Positions 57,286-58,331 of a DNA stretch of 58,331 nucleotides are shown piece after piece. The stretch is from Opitutaceae bacterium. Lineage in GTDB: Bacteria; Verrucomicrobiota; Verrucomicrobiia; Opitutales; Opitutaceae. Numbering within the stretch: the stretch's first letter is position 1; the number at the start of each line of letters is the position of its first letter. The notes below the pieces were generated by a model, which had not been told where the DNA came from, did no database searches, and saw only the letters and a list, made by a program, of their open reading frames with translations. The stretch is taken from assembly GCA_035502155.1 (NCBI GenBank), contig DATJUU010000118.1, positions 1-58,331 on the forward strand, in the 5' to 3' direction. The position numbers and the translations under genes are program-made.

Positions 57286-57732
57286 ATGCAGCGATGCCTT
57301 CCAATCCTGTTGGCCGCCGGGCTCGCCGCCCTCGCCGGCTGCAGCACGGTCAACAGCCGCATCCGGGAAAAACAGGCCGTGTTCGACACGCTGCCGCCCG
57401 CGACCCGGGCGGAGATCCGTCGCGGCCAGGTCGGCGTCGGCTTCACCCCTGACATGGTCTACATGGCGATCGGCAAGCCGGACGAGACGCGAGAGCGCGT
57501 CGACCCGGCTGGCCGCGAATCGGTCTGGAAATACAACACTTATTACGACCGCTATGAGGGCAGCTATCGCGCCGGCTACCGGCGCTGGGTCCGGTTCGAC
57601 CCGCGGCGCAACGCCTACATCATCTACGACGAGCCGATTGACGCCAGCGTCTACCAGCCGGTGCGCGAAACCTACATCCGGGTCACCTTCCGCGACGGCA
57701 AGGTGACGGCGATCGACCAGATGACGTCCTGA
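57286..57732 (+). CDS. Small lipoprotein (BamE/SmpA-OmlA-like motif), function unknown
   Basis: Start re-set to the ATG at 57286 (MQRCLPILLAAGLAALAGCST, a lipobox). GFTPDMVYMAIGKPDE resembles the SmpA/OmlA fold motif. Confidence 0.5.
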   Translation: MQRCLPILLAAGLAALAGCSTVNSRIREKQAVFDTLPPATRAEIRRGQVGVGFTPDMVYMAIGKPDETRERVDPAGRESVWKYNTYYDRYEGSYRAGYRRWVRFDPRRNAYIIYDEPIDASVYQPVRETYIRVTFRDGKVTAIDQMTS

Positions 57733-57774
57733 GGCGCCCGCGTCCGCCGGACCGGAGTCCGGGTGGCGCGGCGA

Positions 57775-58296
57775 TCATTCCAGCGCCTTCAGCACCTCGG
57801 CGGGCTGGTCCTTGAGCGAGGCGTTGAGCGTGCGCCAGATGATCAGGCCGTTCTTGTCGACCAGGAACGACTGCCGCATCGCGCGCGGGCCGCCGCCCCA
57901 TTCCTCGCTCAGCGGCACGCCAAAGGCCTTGGTCACCGCGTGGTCGACGTCGGCAATGAGCATGAAGGGAAGCTCGTTCTTCTCCTTGAACGCCTTGAGT
58001 GTGGCCGGATCGTCGACGCTCACGCCGATCACCGTGACGCCCTTGGCGGCGAGGTCCTTGGTCGCCGCCGCCAGGCTCGCTGCCTCGACCATATCGTCGT
58101 GCGCCCCGGCCATCGGGAAGAAGTACACCAGGGTGTAGCCCCTGGCATACGCCGCGCCGAGATCGAGCTTGGCGCCAGATTCCGTGGTGGCGGTGACCGC
58201 GGGCGCCTTGGCGCCGACCGCGAGCGGCTCGGCCCGGCCGACGGCGCCGAGGGCCAACAATCCAAGTACGAGTGAGAGTCCGCGTAGGATGCGCAT
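57775..58296 (-). CDS. Secreted peroxiredoxin/redoxin-fold protein without any cysteine
   Basis: ATG at 58296 and a signal peptide. AhpC/TSA-BCP-like layout (GAKAPAV...LVYFFP....VIGVSVDDPATLKAFKEKNELPFMLIAD...RQSFLVDKNG). The peroxidatic-Cys position reads PMAGAHDDMVE, and the whole 173-aa sequence contains no Cys. Confidence 0.7.
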   Translation of the reverse strand: MRILRGLSLVLGLLALGAVGRAEPLAVGAKAPAVTATTESGAKLDLGAAYARGYTLVYFFPMAGAHDDMVEAASLAAATKDLAAKGVTVIGVSVDDPATLKAFKEKNELPFMLIADVDHAVTKAFGVPLSEEWGGGPRAMRQSFLVDKNGLIIWRTLNASLKDQPAEVLKALE

Positions 58297-58331
58297 GGGG
58301 TGACGGGGTAGGGATGGTTCGCGCGGCGGGC

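Overview
This is a 58.3-kb, very GC-rich chromosomal segment (GC judged by eye, not computed). I call about 42 protein genes and one tRNA; there is no rRNA, CRISPR array, integrase or transposase. The gene content suggests a Verrucomicrobiota (Opitutaceae-like) genome, but that is inference only. The clues are very long SusD-less TonB-dependent receptors, a GntR-HTH/LacI-sensor hybrid regulator, a huge NHL-repeat protein with a C-terminal sorting tail, and Ig-like domains on secreted enzymes.

Layout from left to right:
(1) A carbohydrate-utilisation region: CE12-like acetylesterase, two tandem paralogous TonB-dependent receptors, a hybrid regulator, a LacI regulator, GH31 alpha-xylosidase YicI, and a DUF5107/TPR - GH53 galactanase - MFS sugar porter - double TonB_C operon.
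(2) tRNA-Arg(CCT) and an AGE-family epimerase.
(3) A 1811-aa, 30-blade NHL protein whose 3' end overlaps a rhombosortase-like rhomboid protease gene.
(4) Housekeeping and metal-resistance genes: rpsR, tsaC/sua5, arsR-arsC-acr3, a DEAD-box helicase, nth and gcvP.
(5) A MoaD-like / BNR-propeller pair.
(6) A rhamnose/lactate block (rhaB divergent from lutA-lutB-OPT-lutC), then a CopA-type ATPase and a Cys-less peroxiredoxin-like protein.

The observations most worth following up are:
- the rhombosortase / giant NHL substrate pair;
- the GntR-PBP regulator with an unassigned ~200-aa C-terminal domain, whose start codon lies inside a perfect 16-bp palindrome that also sits upstream of both receptor paralogs;
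- two architecturally similar long inverted-repeat elements between co-directional genes.

Many long ORFs in the supplied track are antisense or N-terminally over-extended GC artefacts. Several also begin at non-ATG codons. I re-set starts by reading the DNA.
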